From contig NC_045138.2 of the NCBI RefSeq assembly GCF_008831285.2, positions 39,060,001-39,124,000 on the forward strand: DNA of 64,000 nt. Reading direction: 5' to 3'. Position numbers and translations under genes: made by a program. This document shows, piece by piece, positions 43,012-57,700 of this stretch (position 1 is its first letter; each line of letters opens with the position of its first letter). A model generated the notes under the pieces. The model was not told the DNA's origin and did not search any database. It was given only the letters and a program-made list of their open reading frames with translations. This DNA is from Nymphaea colorata (lineage: Eukaryota).

Positions 43012-45330
43012 TCCGTGATCCTATCATGCATCAGCTTAAGCAAAGTGTATATGTGTCTTAAGGCTGGAACCAGCGACAGCGGCCTACTGGCCAGTGTCCT
43101 AATCAAATGCACTAAACCTACAGAGCCATGTATTTTTCATACTTAATACTGTGAAATCAAACATAAAAAGTACGAATTCTAAGTAATAAAGGCTGTTTTT
43201 TATTGATAAATTTTACAAATTTTAGTTCTGCACAAAAGAAATCTATCTTTAAATGGATTTATAACGTTATGATTATAAAGATCATAACGGTTGCTTTTAC
43301 AAAAGATGAACCCAATAAGTAAGGCTACTTGTGATTGGCCAGTCTAGAAATGATAGTCATCGGCAATGAAGATAATCATTGCTCTATTTCTTATTATATG
43401 TACATTAAGTACTAGTAAAGAATATTCATGAACGGAGAGAAAAAAAAAATGAATTATCTCACATAGTAGTTATCCTTATCTTATTGACAAAAATAAGTTT
43501 GGAGCCTTCTTTTGGCTGATGTCATCATCTTTCAAAAATCCAACGACCACAAATGTCATATTTTCTAAATTTACAAGTTCAAAAGTTTGTGACAGAATTG
43601 ACTTATCTTGGAGTTCAAAAGTCTGATAAACATTAGTTTATAATTGAACTCGTGAATCCAGACCTGAGGGACAGAGTGGTTTTAGAGTTGAGCTTTGGAA
43701 TTGCATTGGAGTTGGAGATGGAGGAAATGGGAACGGATATATGTAAAACTGGTTCAGATCCACTTCATTTGCCACCTTCCCACAGTGTACGGAGACCAAA
43801 GCGGCTGGCATAGTGGGGACGTCCTTGGCTGTTGTTTAGGAGAACATGGTTCAATTCTCAAGTCTAATCCTTTTTATGAGGTGAAACTTGGGCAACACCT
43901 CTTTGCCAAAACTGAGATATAATCACCTAAACCGTGGTACATATGATCTGCTGTGACTACATCATCCCTTTTGAACAATATACATGAGGGGATGATCGAC
44001 AGAGGAGGAAAGAACGTGACTTCTCTCGAACTAGAATGTTTACCACAGCCGAGCACTCAGTTACCTGCTGAAGTTTGCATATAAAAAGAAAAATGACTGC
44101 ATGACTACTTCATTTGGGCAACCATAGACAAAGCCAAAGTTCAGTTTGCATTAGTTACATAAACCAACAAATTTTCTCCAAAGTTTACCAAATTTGTATT
44201 GCAAAATGTACCATGCAATGTGTTTTATTTGTTCATGTCGTCCACCATGTTCTAATTCATTATTTCTTACGATGTGGGTAAGCGCCGACCATCTAGCCTG
44301 AGGATCTCAAGCAGATTGAGTTAGGATCTTCAGTTGAACATTCTTCACTTCCACCTTACCTGCTCTCCACAGATCCCTCGGAGAAAGCTGTAAATGTACA
44401 ACCTAAAATGGAGGAGGTGTGACCAAACCAGTTTCAAGGAAGCCGCCAAGAAGGCCCAGATCCAGTCCTTTGAATTCAAACTGCAATGTCCAGTTCTGAC
44501 TGTTCGTTCATATAATAATAAATGAATGTCCTGTTCTGACTGTCCGTATAACAATGAAGGCGGTAATGAGCAATAGATCGTCCATTTCAAATTAAAACTC
44601 AAATGGAAAGGCAGAAGCTATGCCTTAACTGGCTCAAATGTCTACATTTTGTATTTCCGATGCTCCAACTACAAGAATCACTAAAGGTGACTGGTGATGC
44701 ATGTCGCAACCCTTCTTCCCAGCATGAAAATGTCATTAGCTGATGCAAAGAGTGTAGAAATATTGGGAGAAAGAGACCACCAAAAATGGGTAAAAAGCAA
44801 AATTACAAAAACAGAAACTATTGCATTGATAACCATCTTTTCTATGTCGAGAAAGGGCAAAAGAAAAAAACTCAAAAGAGGCAGAAGTGGCTGCCTAACA
44901 TACACGCAAGCCCACCTTTCCTGGTAGACATGATTCAAAGACTCAACACAAACACACCCCACATTTTGGAGAGGCCCCTTTGCCCTCCAAATCTCTCTCC
45001 ATCTCCCTCTTTCTCTCTCACACTAAACAAATGAGGAGAAAGAAGGCACACAAAAAAATGAGGGGAGGAGAAAGAGGATGAGCACACTTCAAGTCTCTTC
45101 ACTCCTTTCTCCCCCAACCCTTCATTTTTATTCTTATCCCCTGAAGTCACTGGATATCTATCTAAACTTCATCCCTCCCACCAAGATACCAGATATTCTG
45201 CCTGCACTATGCTTACAGTATACACTGCACATCCTTACATACATAAACAAAGAAAGGCAAAGCCGAACTGAGACCAAAAGGAGAAAAAAAGGTCCTGATG
45301 ATGGTTGTTGTTGTTCTGAAGGCAGAGACT

Positions 45331-48300
45331 TTAGGCTAGAGTGTAGCCCGAAACTGAAATTTCGGCAGGATCAGCAGCATGGATATAGACAAACTCAAGG
45401 CTCTTTCCAGCCGGCAATGCGGTGATCCATGTAGGAAAATAGTATTCATTTCCATACTTGGATAAGCCCCACAGAGGGCCATACAGCTTCCATATTGCAA
45501 GCTTCAGGTCCTTCACTGTCTTGTCTGATTTGTTTGTCACAATTGTGGAGTACCTGTAGTAGGTTCGACCCTTGAAGTTCCAGGAGGCAGTTGCTTGCTG
45601 AGATACAGATATTGGAGAGTAGCTCGCATCTGCAATCGACGGATAAAATTCAAGAAAATACGCTTCAGCGTTGAGTATGCTCTACGGATGGGAAAGAAAA
45701 CAGTGAAAGATGCAGAAGAGACAGAGAGAGCTTACGAGAGGAAGGGGATCTCCTTTGATGTGGCATCGATGTAGGCGGCCTGGAAACTACTGGTGCAGGA
45801 GATGGCAGCTTTGGAGTTGATGCTACAGGAGTCGGAAGCATTACTGCAGAAAAACATATAGTCGGGCTCAGATCTTTGCATCAACTTAGATACATAACTA
45901 ATTGAACAGGCATAGGATGCAGAAACAAGTTTTTAAATTTCAAGCTTTCTGTAGTATCTTTTAATCTTTAATGTTAACCTACGAGAAAGGTTATCTGCTT
46001 AATATGACAACCCAGTGGAATCTTAATGGCAGAAGGAATGTCGAAGGCGTTGCTATAACTGGTCCTGTGACCTAGTGACACTCAAATGTAAGCAACGGCT
46101 TTTGTCTCTCAAAGGTAAGCACAGGCTTTTGCCTTTGGCACCAAGGAATCAGCCTCTTCCTCACAAGCCAAATTACATGGGCATGGAACTCCAGTGTTAT
46201 TTTGAATTGAAATTTCAGATGAATTGCAATTCAAAGGATTTAATGTCAGACTGACGCTGGCCATATGATGATACTAGTTGTGGTGCTGGTGGTGGCCATG
46301 GATAAAAAAGTTACGATCACTAAGACCGTGCAAACTACGAACCACATTGATAGGAGGATCGAAATCACTTCCAAGTTCTACAAGCAGAAGAGTAATTGCT
46401 GGAAAGGTGAAGAAGGAATTAGGGGGTTTTCGAACCAGGACATGCACTAAAAGGCTGCAAAGACAATTTCAGAGGATGTTCAACATTAACTTGACCACAC
46501 AGTTTACGGGAGAAGATAATGTTACCTGGAAGAAGCTGATTGTATCCACCACTGCCGCCGTGCAAGCGAGATAATACACCAATAAGTGGTGCATTATTGT
46601 ATGTAGCAGGCTCAGTTTGCTCATAGTTGTCTCTTTCATCAGCAAAATCATCGTAGGCATCTGGGCCACCAACAATGGCACCATCCAGGAGGTTAGGGTC
46701 ACTTGCCTTCCTGCTGAACCAGGTCGCATAGCCTCCTCTGCAACTGACAAATGTTGGGTTCACCTTAATAGAGACGATGGATGAGCCCCTGTGGTGCACT
46801 TGGCGTGGATAGTTATTGCCATATCCCACCATGTAGCTTGTAGCCCTTGGGTTATCACCGAGGATGTAGTCCACCTGAAAGTTGCATGCTTGTGAGAAAC
46901 AAAGCAAAGGAATGTACCACAAGAAAGACTTCGCTAACAGAAAGTGTTGAAGATCTTATGTGTGTATTCATGGAGATCAAGATGTGCTTGCCTGGGATTT
47001 CGCCAACGCAAGAAGCTCGTATGGAGAAACTGATCCGCCAGGACAGTGCAAGTATTTCCCAGCAGATGAGAGGTAGTCAGAATAAACGGTTAGTAGGTAA
47101 GCAGCGCTAGTCACAAACTGCAAGTTATTCCACCTTTGACGGAACAGTAAACCGCCTGGAGTCTTCAGAACATTCCTGGTCCCTTTGCCAAGGCACGCAC
47201 ACATGAAGAAGTCAGCCTTCTGCTGATACCTTTCAAAAACAGGAGCATGGTGATCTGCCTTCCCTTGCATTAGAAACTGCATGGCGAGGACAACACAGAA
47301 CGGGGTCAGCCATGTTCTCAGGGTTTCCATTGACTCAAAGAAGTTCCACAAAACAGACAGTTAATCAAGCTCACCTTGGAAACGAGAACCTGCACACCAG
47401 CGTATTTGACATCCCACCCAAACTCAGTCATGCCCCATCCAGTTCCACCAAGGGAGTCTCCATTTTCCCCAAGGTAGTTTAGATAGTAGGGCTCGTTAGT
47501 AGCCTGATACAACCATGCAGCTGCCCATAGCAATTCATCCTGGAAAACACAAGAAAAATTTAAGTCCAGTGTGCACCCCCATGCTCCATCTGTTCTTCAC
47601 CCGAAGAAAATCTACATTGCATGAATGTGGTTCAAAAGCGGCAGTTTATTACATTTGAAGATGTACAATCTTTTCCATGAAAATGAAACATTCAATGTTA
47701 ACTGGAAGATCTCATATTCGAAAAAGTGTATGTAATCCTGAGTTCCTCGCCTGATTTTTCTTCTATCACTCACAGGCACATAGAAAAGCGAAAGAGGATG
47801 AAGAAGGGATTGTGAAAATTTACAGCGTATCCGCTGACTGATTGGTAGTATTTCCGTGCAACCGTGATGCTGCTGTCATATCTACCCCTGTACTTGTCCG
47901 CGAAGTCGAAAAGCTGGAAATCAACATCCGGAAGAATTAGTCAGAAGGAAAAAGAAAGCCGAAGAGTCATTCATATTGATTCCCCCTCTTGGATTCACAA
48001 CCCAGAACACATCCCACGACCAAAATTTTGAAACAAAGTTGGACAAAGTCCACAAATTTGAGCGGGACAATATGATTTTCAGTTCCATGTTGTGGCTTAT
48101 CGTCACAAATGACAACACCTTATGCCCACATCGAGCAAAAGCACACACAAAATGAAACGACATAATGGTAGAGGGCGACAAACCTGCTTCGCGTGGTTAA
48201 GAAGCTCATTGGAGTAGGCAGGGTTTGAACGGCGGAAGACGATGGATGCCGAGGCCATGGCCGCCGCCGTCTCTCCGGCAAGGTCCGACCCCGGGTTGTT

Positions 48301-51300
48301 GGTGTCGATCCGGTAGGCGTAGCGCGACGTCGTCATGTCCTCGGGCCTCTGCCAGCAGTAGTGGTCTGTGTTTCCATCCCCTACCTGTCGAAGAAATAAC
48401 CGCTCCCCAAACTCAGTTACGACACCGAAGAAAGCAAAATCCGGAAAAGGGGGAAGAGAGAAGGGAGGCAAGGAAAAAAAGTAAACAGAAGAAGGACCGA
48501 ACCTCGCCGTAGAGGACGTAGGGCTCGGGGTGGGCCTTGATGAAGTAGTCGGTACCCCACTTGATAGCATCCATGGCGTGCCGGAGCTCCCCATTGTTGG
48601 CCATCTGCCTGCCATACTCGAGCACGCTCCATGACATCATGGTAATGGTGAAGGCCATCGGCAGCCCGAACTTGACATTGTCCCCTGCGTCGTAGTACCC
48701 TCCGACCAAGTCCACCTGCTCGATACCATTTCGCTTCACCCATCAGCCAAAACCAACACCAAATTTCTCACATCTCAACACTACCACTTCTCTTTTCTAA
48801 TGTTAACAGCTTGGATTGAGGGAAAGGGAAGAGAAAGGAATGAAAAGAAAGACTTTGCTATGTTTGGATGGTTGATTAATTAACAAGGAGGAAAAGGAAA
48901 AGAGACCTGAGTTCAAGTGAAAAAAGAAATGAAAGAAAAAAAAACAGAAAAGGAAAAGATTTTTCAATATTATTCCACTCCCTAAACAATGAAAGAGACT
49001 GGAGGAGAAATGAATCAATTTTTCTTTCTTCTCCTTTTTCCTTCCCTTTTTCCTTCCATTCATTCATTTCCCTCTGTTTTCCTCCACACAAAAGTAACGT
49101 AAAACTCGATTCAGAGAGGGAGAGAGAAGGCAGCCATTTTTCTAAGCGACGAGTATGAATTACCCACCAGGACCATACTCAACCGTCGAAAAGAAAGAAG
49201 AAAAAGGTAGCAGGGAGAGAGTAAATGCCCACAACTGAATCTCGGAGGGCGAAGAATGGACGGGGTGAGAGCGAGCCCGCCGACAAAGACGCATAGAGCG
49301 GGGAGCCCATGTGGGCAGGCCAGCCCGTGACGACGAGCCTGAGACATGATCCCCCCGCAGAAGCTATCAGAGCAGAGATACAGAAAAGCCCGTAATAAAT
49401 GAGCACCCTCCATGTGGGGGGTGCCATTAAAGCGGGTGGTGGTGCTGTGGCCAGTTGCCGCCTCCATAATGACGGGTGGCGTTTGCACTTCTACGACTCA
49501 TTATTGGTTCATTAACTGAAATTTTCTTACACCGAATCGATGGCAGATTTCATGCCTTGGTGGCGTAGAATTACCAAAGGCACCAAACGCTTCTCTGTTA
49601 GAATGTTTCACCGGGCCACAGTTGCCTTTTAATTCTCTCAGAGGCAACCGCATTGCCATTGTTTTATCGAAATTCTAACGGTACAACTTAAATCTTGGAC
49701 AATGACGCCGACGATTAAGTTATTTTTCAATTTCTCAATACTCTGCACAGATTTGATAAAGACAGTCCGAAGAGGGAGAGGAACTTCCCCACAATTATTC
49801 ATGAAATCAAGTAGCAATCACATCTTTCACGGTCAAATGGCCAACAGAGCTGCCATTCTTCCCTTTCGACATGCAAGGCACCAAAAATTCTAAAAAGCAA
49901 GGAGGTCCCCGGATTTAGCAGTTCCCAAAGATCCGACGCATATATCAGAAATTTCAAGTGAAACAGGTGAATATTTTCAAACTTCAAATTATGAACATTT
50001 AATTTGGGGAGCATTCAGGCCGGGAAAAACCACCGTCTATTTTTTTTTCTTTTTGTTCTTCATCCTGCTTTTTGACCACAACCCTGTGGGCCTCCTTCCC
50101 TTTGAAAATTTTACCGGCAAAGGGTTGGAAAAGTGAAAGTCAGAAATTGTTTCTACCTAAGGGAAAAAGAAACCGCAATCTCATCATTTCCAAGAGAGAG
50201 GCGATTATTTTATATTGTAACCGAACCGCGTAATAATGTGAAACATAAACTAAACAAACGGATCTATCTTCAGAAGTTCGGTAATTTTTTTTCGAAGACG
50301 GCAAAAGTAAGAAACGGGAAAGTCATCAAATAGATTGACAGTTAGAGAGCAAATATGATATCGAGGAAGGGATGAAAACAGAGCAAGGAGAGTTTAAAAT
50401 AAATCTGACGGAAGGAGGGACCGAAAGAATGGGTCAGGTCATGCCGAATCCATGAACACATAAGAGAGAGAGAGAGAGAGGCGCATTCCACCGACATATG
50501 GAGACAAGAGAATTGTTCGTACACGTGCCTGGTTTCGGCTCAGCACATGGCATGAGCCTGCAAAGGCCCATATCACCTCGCCCCCTCCCTCTCTCTCTCT
50601 CATCCCACGTTCACTCTCTTTTTCTCTCTCTATCTCCATGAAGACACTCTCTCTGTCTCTACCCCATATTAACTCTCTCTCTATCTCTCTCTAGCATCCC
50701 CACCTCAGATGCCCTACAGACTGAGCAATGCATTTGGAGCAACCCCGCAGGCAGGCGAAGGTCACATGCAAGGACACCTAGAAATGGCTTTGGCTTTTCT
50801 CAACTCCAGAAGTGGGGATGAAATTTGCTGTAAAGTAAAAGGAGTAAAAAAAGGAAAATGAATACCGAGAAGGGACGGCCGTTGATCGAAAGATGGATGG
50901 CATACAAGCGGCATCCTGGCATGCACCACACACACACAGACACACGCAGCCTGAGTGCATTCAGAAAAGGCAACGTCCTAGACGGGTGATTTCTAGGAAA
51001 AAGGTTACACTGCAGAATCTCCAACTTTCTCTCTCTTGGTAGAAAAGAAATGAACAGGAAAAATCAGTGGTAGGAGATAAAAAGCACCACATTCTAGAGA
51101 TAAAAGAGAACCAAACTGCATTTCTTTTTTTAAAAAAAAATATATATATAACACTTTTTTCTTCTTTTGGGATCAAAATTTCTCAAGTTTAACAGGAAGA
51201 AGAGGTAGGAAAAAGAAAACAGGGAGAGGAAGCAGTTACACGGAGAAAGTATATGGAGAAATGAAAGAAGAAGAGGAAACGATAAAAATGCAGATGCAAC

Positions 51301-51517
51301 AGAGGAGGAAAGAGGTAAGGGATGGAGTTACCCCGTTGGCCTTCCCATCCTGGAGGCCGGAATTGGCACGCCAGGTGACGCGCTGGGTGCTGGGGAGGTA
51401 GCCGGATCTCTGGGCCTCGAAGAAGAGGATGCTCTTGCTCAGCGCCTGCCCGTAGTCATGCCCACCATGCACCAGCGGCAAGAGCACCACCAAGAAATGC
51501 AAGAAACAGACCGCCAT
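45331..51517 (-). CDS. GH9C: Secreted endo-1,4-beta-glucanase, GH9 class C with C-terminal CBM49, 631 aa. Exons 51517-51332, 48715-48503, 48384-48184, 47913-47824, 47539-47375, 47276-46992, 46874-46526, 45843-45736, 45629-45331
   Basis: Signal peptide, then [88 protein letters not shown], a Pro/Ser linker exon and a CBM49-type tail ([28 protein letters not shown]). Exons sum to 1896 nt. Confidence 0.95.
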
Positions 51518-51759
51518 TATTATCCCCCCCCCAAACCTCTTTCCCCTCTCTGCAACTCACTGCGAATCCCCCCAAGAGAAAAACAAAAGAAAGAGAAGAA
51601 AAAGAGGAGGAAGAAACCCACTAACGGTTTCTTGTTTTCTTACAGAAAAGTGGCCAGAAACCACTCAAGAAGACCACCAATGTGGATTGCCCTAAAGGAG
51701 AGGGGAGAAGAGAGGGAGAGGAAGAGGGAGCAGGGCAGTGGCCGAATGGGAGGAGCTGA

Positions 51760-51775
51760 GCATCTCTATATATGG
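51760..51775 (-). promoter_or_regulatory. Candidate TATA box of GH9C
   Basis: ATATATAG on the minus strand ~250 nt upstream of the ATG, followed by a CT-rich leader. Confidence 0.4.
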
Positions 51776-54700
51776 AGAAGAGGAAAGAGATCTGAGTAAT
51801 AAGTTGGGAGGAGAAAAGGCTTTTCTATTTTATTTTTTTTTATTTTATTTTATTTTATTTTATTTTATTTTATTTTATCATATTGATGAGGGGATTGTAG
51901 GGGGTGGAAGGGAGGAGGAGAGAACAGAGTCATGTGGGTGGTGTTGCTTTTTATCGGCTGCGTTTACACTGAGGAGTCTCTCACTATATACAGCGAAGAT
52001 AAAAAGCCGGCCGCCGGTCCGGTGAGCCCCTTTAATTAATTCCCACCCGGCCGTTTAACAGAACCAATTTACTCCCACTCACCTGCGACAAGGAAAATTT
52101 AATAACCCCCTCTCCCCCTCAGTAACTTTCTCTCTCTTTCCCCTCTTCTCTCTCTCTCTCTCTCCCCTCTTTTCGATTTCCTAAAATAACTGCTTCCTTT
52201 TTTATGTTTTTGGGTTTTCCTTCGTTTCTTACGATTTCTCTCGCGCTCTTTCTCTCTCTAAATATTTCCCGCTCATTTCATCTTTCCCCTTTTGTTAACT
52301 ACCTGGCTGCTTTTTTAACACTTTCTGCATTGACCACAAGCGCCCCCCCAACTCTCTCTCTCTCTCTCTCTCTCTCTCCCCATATGGCAGATTCTGGTCT
52401 CTCGCCCTAGCAGGTAAAAAATATTTTTCATTTGTCTTATGCATGGTTAGAAGGACCCGAGAAGATGCTTTTGTGGCTTTTGCTTATGCCCTTGCTTCTG
52501 CAAGTTATTATTTTTTCTGCACTTGAGACTGTTTTGTTTCTCTTTCTTATTACATTAGCTAAAGAAAAATGTTCAACGCGAAGTAAACGGTAAATATTGA
52601 TCTCACCAAGTTAGGCAAGATGCTCAAGTTTAACTGCGGATTGAAGGTGCCAATTTTGATCTGAACTTGTCTTGATATGGTGTAGACTCCAAAATTAGGC
52701 AAATGTCATGTTCTCTTTATATAGATGTGGCATCTGGGTAGCAGTAAAACCATGTTGGGGACCTTGTTTTAACTTGGAAACGCGTTTTTTGAACCAGTTT
52801 TGATGTCAAAAACAAGTATCTGCAGTGATTTTGGCAGTGCCCCAGTGGAGTATTAGAATTAATAGGAACTGTATTCCCATGAAGATGAAGCAGCTAGGCC
52901 TGTATGGAAGAGGGGTGTTTGATTCCTACATCTAGGAATCTCAATTCCCATGAAAGGAAATCCCAGTTATAAAGGCTGGAGACTCAAATTCTAAGCCCAG
53001 GATGCCCCATTCCATGCAAAGTATCTGTTCTTATCAATGATTTTCACCTTAGCTTTTCTACCAAAGAAACCGATTCCACACTTTCTCCCGGATTTCACGG
53101 CTTCTAGATGCATTCTGTAAGATTTCTACTCATTTTGGATCGAGATATACAGAGCAGCATTGCTTGTTTCTCAAATTTGCTGCAACTCAGTTGGGACTGA
53201 CCATGTGTTCTGTCCCTCTTTATGTCCAGGGAGCAGGAAGTAGGAATCTGAGATCATTAGCCAGTTTGAGGCTGGATTTTTCACTGAATTATTGTTCATG
53301 ACAACTAGTCATGGGCATGAGGGTCCATACTTAATAAATAAGCATGTGTAGGCTGCATCACTCCTCCTGTACTAACATTTTAGCTGTCACTGGAGAAGTT
53401 TAACTGTGTAAGCAGGAAACTCATTTACTTTAATTAATTCTCTTTATGATCACGAGGAAAACCACCAAAATTTTTTAGACTACGATCGACGCGAACTTTT
53501 CGAACTAGAAAGTAGATGTCTACCATGCTCTGTTCTAGTTGTCCTTCGTTCCGAAACTCTCGAGGCCGCGGATCTCGCCGAGGGTTACAAACAGAGAAAA
53601 TTTTTCTACACAAGTCGTATCTTAGATCCAAGGTTGATCTGAAATCCACACTTGACAGAACCCGCTGCTTTAACAAAATTTGGTATTACGAAATTCAGAT
53701 CCATGTTAAGTAGCAAAAACTTTAGATCTAATGTCTGACAACAAGGGTCGATACGGGGTAAACAAACACAACCCTAATGACTACAAATTATGAAAGGATT
53801 GGCTGCATGTGAAAGGAATAAGTGAAATAGTTTCTGCATAGCGACACCAAACAAAAAGTTCAGGCGACAGAATGGTAATAGTCACTTGATCCAGGGTCTC
53901 CTTCACATGATTGTTCTGATACTATATATGTATTATTGCTTCATATAAGCAGTGTGGCTAAGTTTAACTTGTCATTAGTTTGTTATGCTGGGTCTCTAAC
54001 ATAGATGGGCTTTCCAGTTACCTCATCGGGAAGGTCACGGAAGTTCATGAAGGTTCATAAATTCAAATATTTTCTAGAATTGAAAGTGGACGTCCCTTTC
54101 CTACAGGTCCAAGTCCACTTCCTTCAATTAAGGAGACATTATCATCTTCTCATTAATACGACCCCCTTTATTAGTCCATCAATTTTTTACAAGGTGGATT
54201 TTTTCTGTTTACCTCCTCAAACGAGCATTTGATGGAAAACTTTTACCATAAACACGCGTCTTGTTTCTATTCATTTATCAAAATTCACCTCTCTGCTCGA
54301 TCTTCTTTAAACGCAAACCCTAGAGGCCAATTTTTTCAAACTCCCTTCAATGCACACTATCATCATCATTTAGTGCTGAACGATAATGTCGAAAAAAGAA
54401 AAAAAAAAAGTTTGTCATTTATTAGAAAAATTGAAGGATTAAAAAGAAAGTTAGAAAGAGAAAAGTAAAGAAAGAGAGTGAAGGGCGCGGCGGAGGGGAG
54501 CATCTTCCACCAATGCCTCCGCTATTGGTGCCGAAACCCTAGCTCCAATTTGAGCGTTGATTCCTCAAATTAGGGCATGGATTTCCACACCGCGCCCTCT
54601 TCTTTTCACCTAATTTCTTCTTCCCACCTTCCTTCCAACTTTTTTCTTTTTATTAAAAAAATTTCTCTCTTTCTCCCATATTCTTTTTTATATAAGTCTG

Positions 54701-57700
54701 GCTTAGTGGTCAGCGGTGTCCCGTTTCACACGCTGCCCATGTTCTCACCAAGCCCAAGGCTTTGACCGTCTTCTTCTTCTGTTATAGACCCGAGAAAGTC
54801 TTGAAGATCCGATCTCCCGGCCTTTTTTTAGATCCGGATCAAACCTAGGTATTGAACTCTTGACCTCCTTCAACTTAATAGTCGGCATCTAATCTCGATC
54901 GAATTATGCGCGAAAGTGATAGACAACAAGAATTATTGACCATAATTGAGACCAAATGGTCCCAACTTGGGGGCGAATCCATGAATTTTAAACACTCACT
55001 TTTTTTTTCTTTAAAAAAAAAAAGCCAAAGTTAATGCAAGGGGAGAAGAGAAAGCATCGCTCCCAACCGTACCAAGTTAATTCTTCCCTTTGAATTGAAG
55101 CATACAGCTCAAAGACAAGGCCGCTTGGCTGGCTTGCTGGGACCCTTTTGGATCTCAGAACAGATTTGCATCTGCGACTCTTTCTTACCAACATAAATGG
55201 ATTATGAACTGCGCTAGTCTACTAATCCGGAGTTCAACAACATATTTGGTCTTCAGAAATGCGAGTTTAGAACCATTTTAAATGTTGGGTTTTCAGATCT
55301 TTCACTGCGTTGAGATCAGATCTTATGACAAACTGAAGATAATTAACCGGATTAGCATCTTATCTTATGGGTTATACAACTCATTCCAAGTACATTTAGA
55401 TAGTAAGATCCAGCTAACGAGCCCGTGTGCTGTGATAAGGTATCAGAGCATAACAATATATATATATATATATATATATATTCAAAGATCTCTGTGAACT
55501 CACAGCAGGGTGCTGTTCTCCAGCTTGACTGGCAGAGGGGGAAGAAGTTTTTATTTATTCAGAGATTAGAGCTGTCAAGGCGTGGTGGAATCCATGTCGG
55601 TGTCCCCCATCTGATTCCGATCACCGTTTCCCAATAATGGAAGAAGCAGAGGACAGACCAATGTGTTGGAAATTATGGATCCGGACCCGGTCGACCCATG
55701 CCCTATACAGTGCCAGGTCCCTGATGTGAAGTTGGATGTCTTCTTTTTGGATCTGGATCCGGTTTCCACTGATCTCGCTGTAAAATGGGTCGGATCCGTT
55801 TATCTGGATCGGGTCGGGTCGCTTTCCAGTTTGCCGGTCCGGTCTTTGATTCCTAATCTCCTTTGCTTTCCAACCGCAATCAACGGCTGGCTTCGAGAGC
55901 GAGAAAGGGCACCGGCTGGAGCCGGTGGGCACCGGCGTTGACCGTTTGCGACGGCTCCACCGACGCAAGCTTCCGCTGCCGGCCACCGGGATTTGCCGGT
56001 GCGGGTCGAGTGGGACAAAGTCTGGGCCCCGCGTTATAACCGCTGCGAGAGTTTGAGGTATTAAAAAAATGGAGAAAAAGACAATTTCCGGTTTTTAGTG
56101 GAACGAAAATGCGTAATATTTTATTTTGCCGGATATTAAAAAACGATTTTCTTTTTCTCTTTTTGTCTGGTAGCTTTATGGCTACAGTGAAGGGAGACCC
56201 CCCAAAATCTGTGCCGGATCGGCCAGCTTTAATAATGAGACGGCCCCACTTTCTCTGGTTTTCCCCCTTTTCTGAGAAAGCCATTCAAATGTTTTCAAAT
56301 CCAAGATATGAAATCATTTTCCTTTTCCAATTTTGATCATCTTTTTCCCCAACCTGGTTTCTTGGGTGTGTGTTTGATTTTTTTTTTTTAATATAGATTC
56401 ATGGATATGATGTGGTGTATAAACATTTGTTTTTGTTTGATGTGCGGATTGTTATTCAACGAGTCAAGCCAGTTCGAGCTCTAACTTGAATTTGCTGGAA
56501 TTGAAAACTTGTGGAATTCAAGTTAGAATTGTATGTTTGAAATGTTAAACGCATTGAATTTGAATTGCAAGAACTCCGGCTTCACTACGCAACGAATATT
56601 GAGATATAATGAGAGAATAGTTAAAAGGGTAATAACAAAAAGAGTTAAAAAAAAAAATGAGACAGACTTAACAAAAACGAATTAAGCAAGTGGAGCTCGA
56701 GCTCAATGTGGCAAAAGATCAGTTTATCGAATTAAAGATTGAAAATCCGACCTAAAATCCACACTTCAAGTCCTCATTTTTTACTTTCTTTCTTGTTTTA
56801 AGAAAGGGTCTGATCTTGCATGGGAACGAAGAGGATCTGGGATCTTAAATCCCGAAGGTACTTATATAAGTGTAGATCAAGGTAATTAAACGCTCCTTTT
56901 CTTATGAACGGTATTTTAACTAAAACAATACTTACCATGCTTAGTATTCACTCCTTTCAGTGAAAGAAAAATGTGTAATCTATGAGTTCAGTGAAAGTTG
57001 AGCTATTGACTTCGCCCAATGGAGTGTCAAAAAAATAATGAACTTGACCTTGGTCACACAAAAAAAAAGTCTAAGTGAACCTTCTAGCCCGCATGGTTCG
57101 AGGCAACCGTGTGCCTTGAACTCTTGACCTTCTTCGATTGAAAAAACCGAACAAATGTATAGAAATATTCTTTCTTTTTTTTTTTTTTTTGCGGATTGAT
57201 GTCTCTTTGTGGAAATAAAAAGGATGCTTTGGAGGGGAAACGTTTCATGGGAATGTGTTCGCACTCGCAACCGATTCTCGCCATGTGCTAAACAAACACC
57301 TCAAAGGACAGGTGAGAAAGTGCAACCATGCTGGTACAAGTGGGGCTCCAATGTTTCCCACACTCACTGTTGTGCATGTGAAAACTATTCACGCCTCCTT
57401 TCATGTGAAAAGTTTTCCATGAAAAAGTCGTGTTCCTACCGGATTTCGGAAACTCGCACCCTCTTTTCGACCAAAAAGCGCGATTTCGACCTTTTGACTT
57501 ATTTTCTTTGCCGAAATGGGCGCGCGAAAGGGAAAAAGAGAAAGATAGAATCCCATATTAGTGGGCCGATCACCACTTGCTCCTGGCCTTGAATGTACCA
57601 AACAGCACTATTTCCTCAGCTTTAGAACAACGGCACATTGCCCCCAACATGGCTTCAACTGCAGCGCCCTAAAAGAAAGATTCCCCAAATTTCATGTGGT

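Noticed and set aside
54850..57135. TCTTGACCT motifs resembling TAS3 tasiR-ARF
   Set aside because: The downstream GTAAG(A/G)CC is absent and no miR390 sites were seen.
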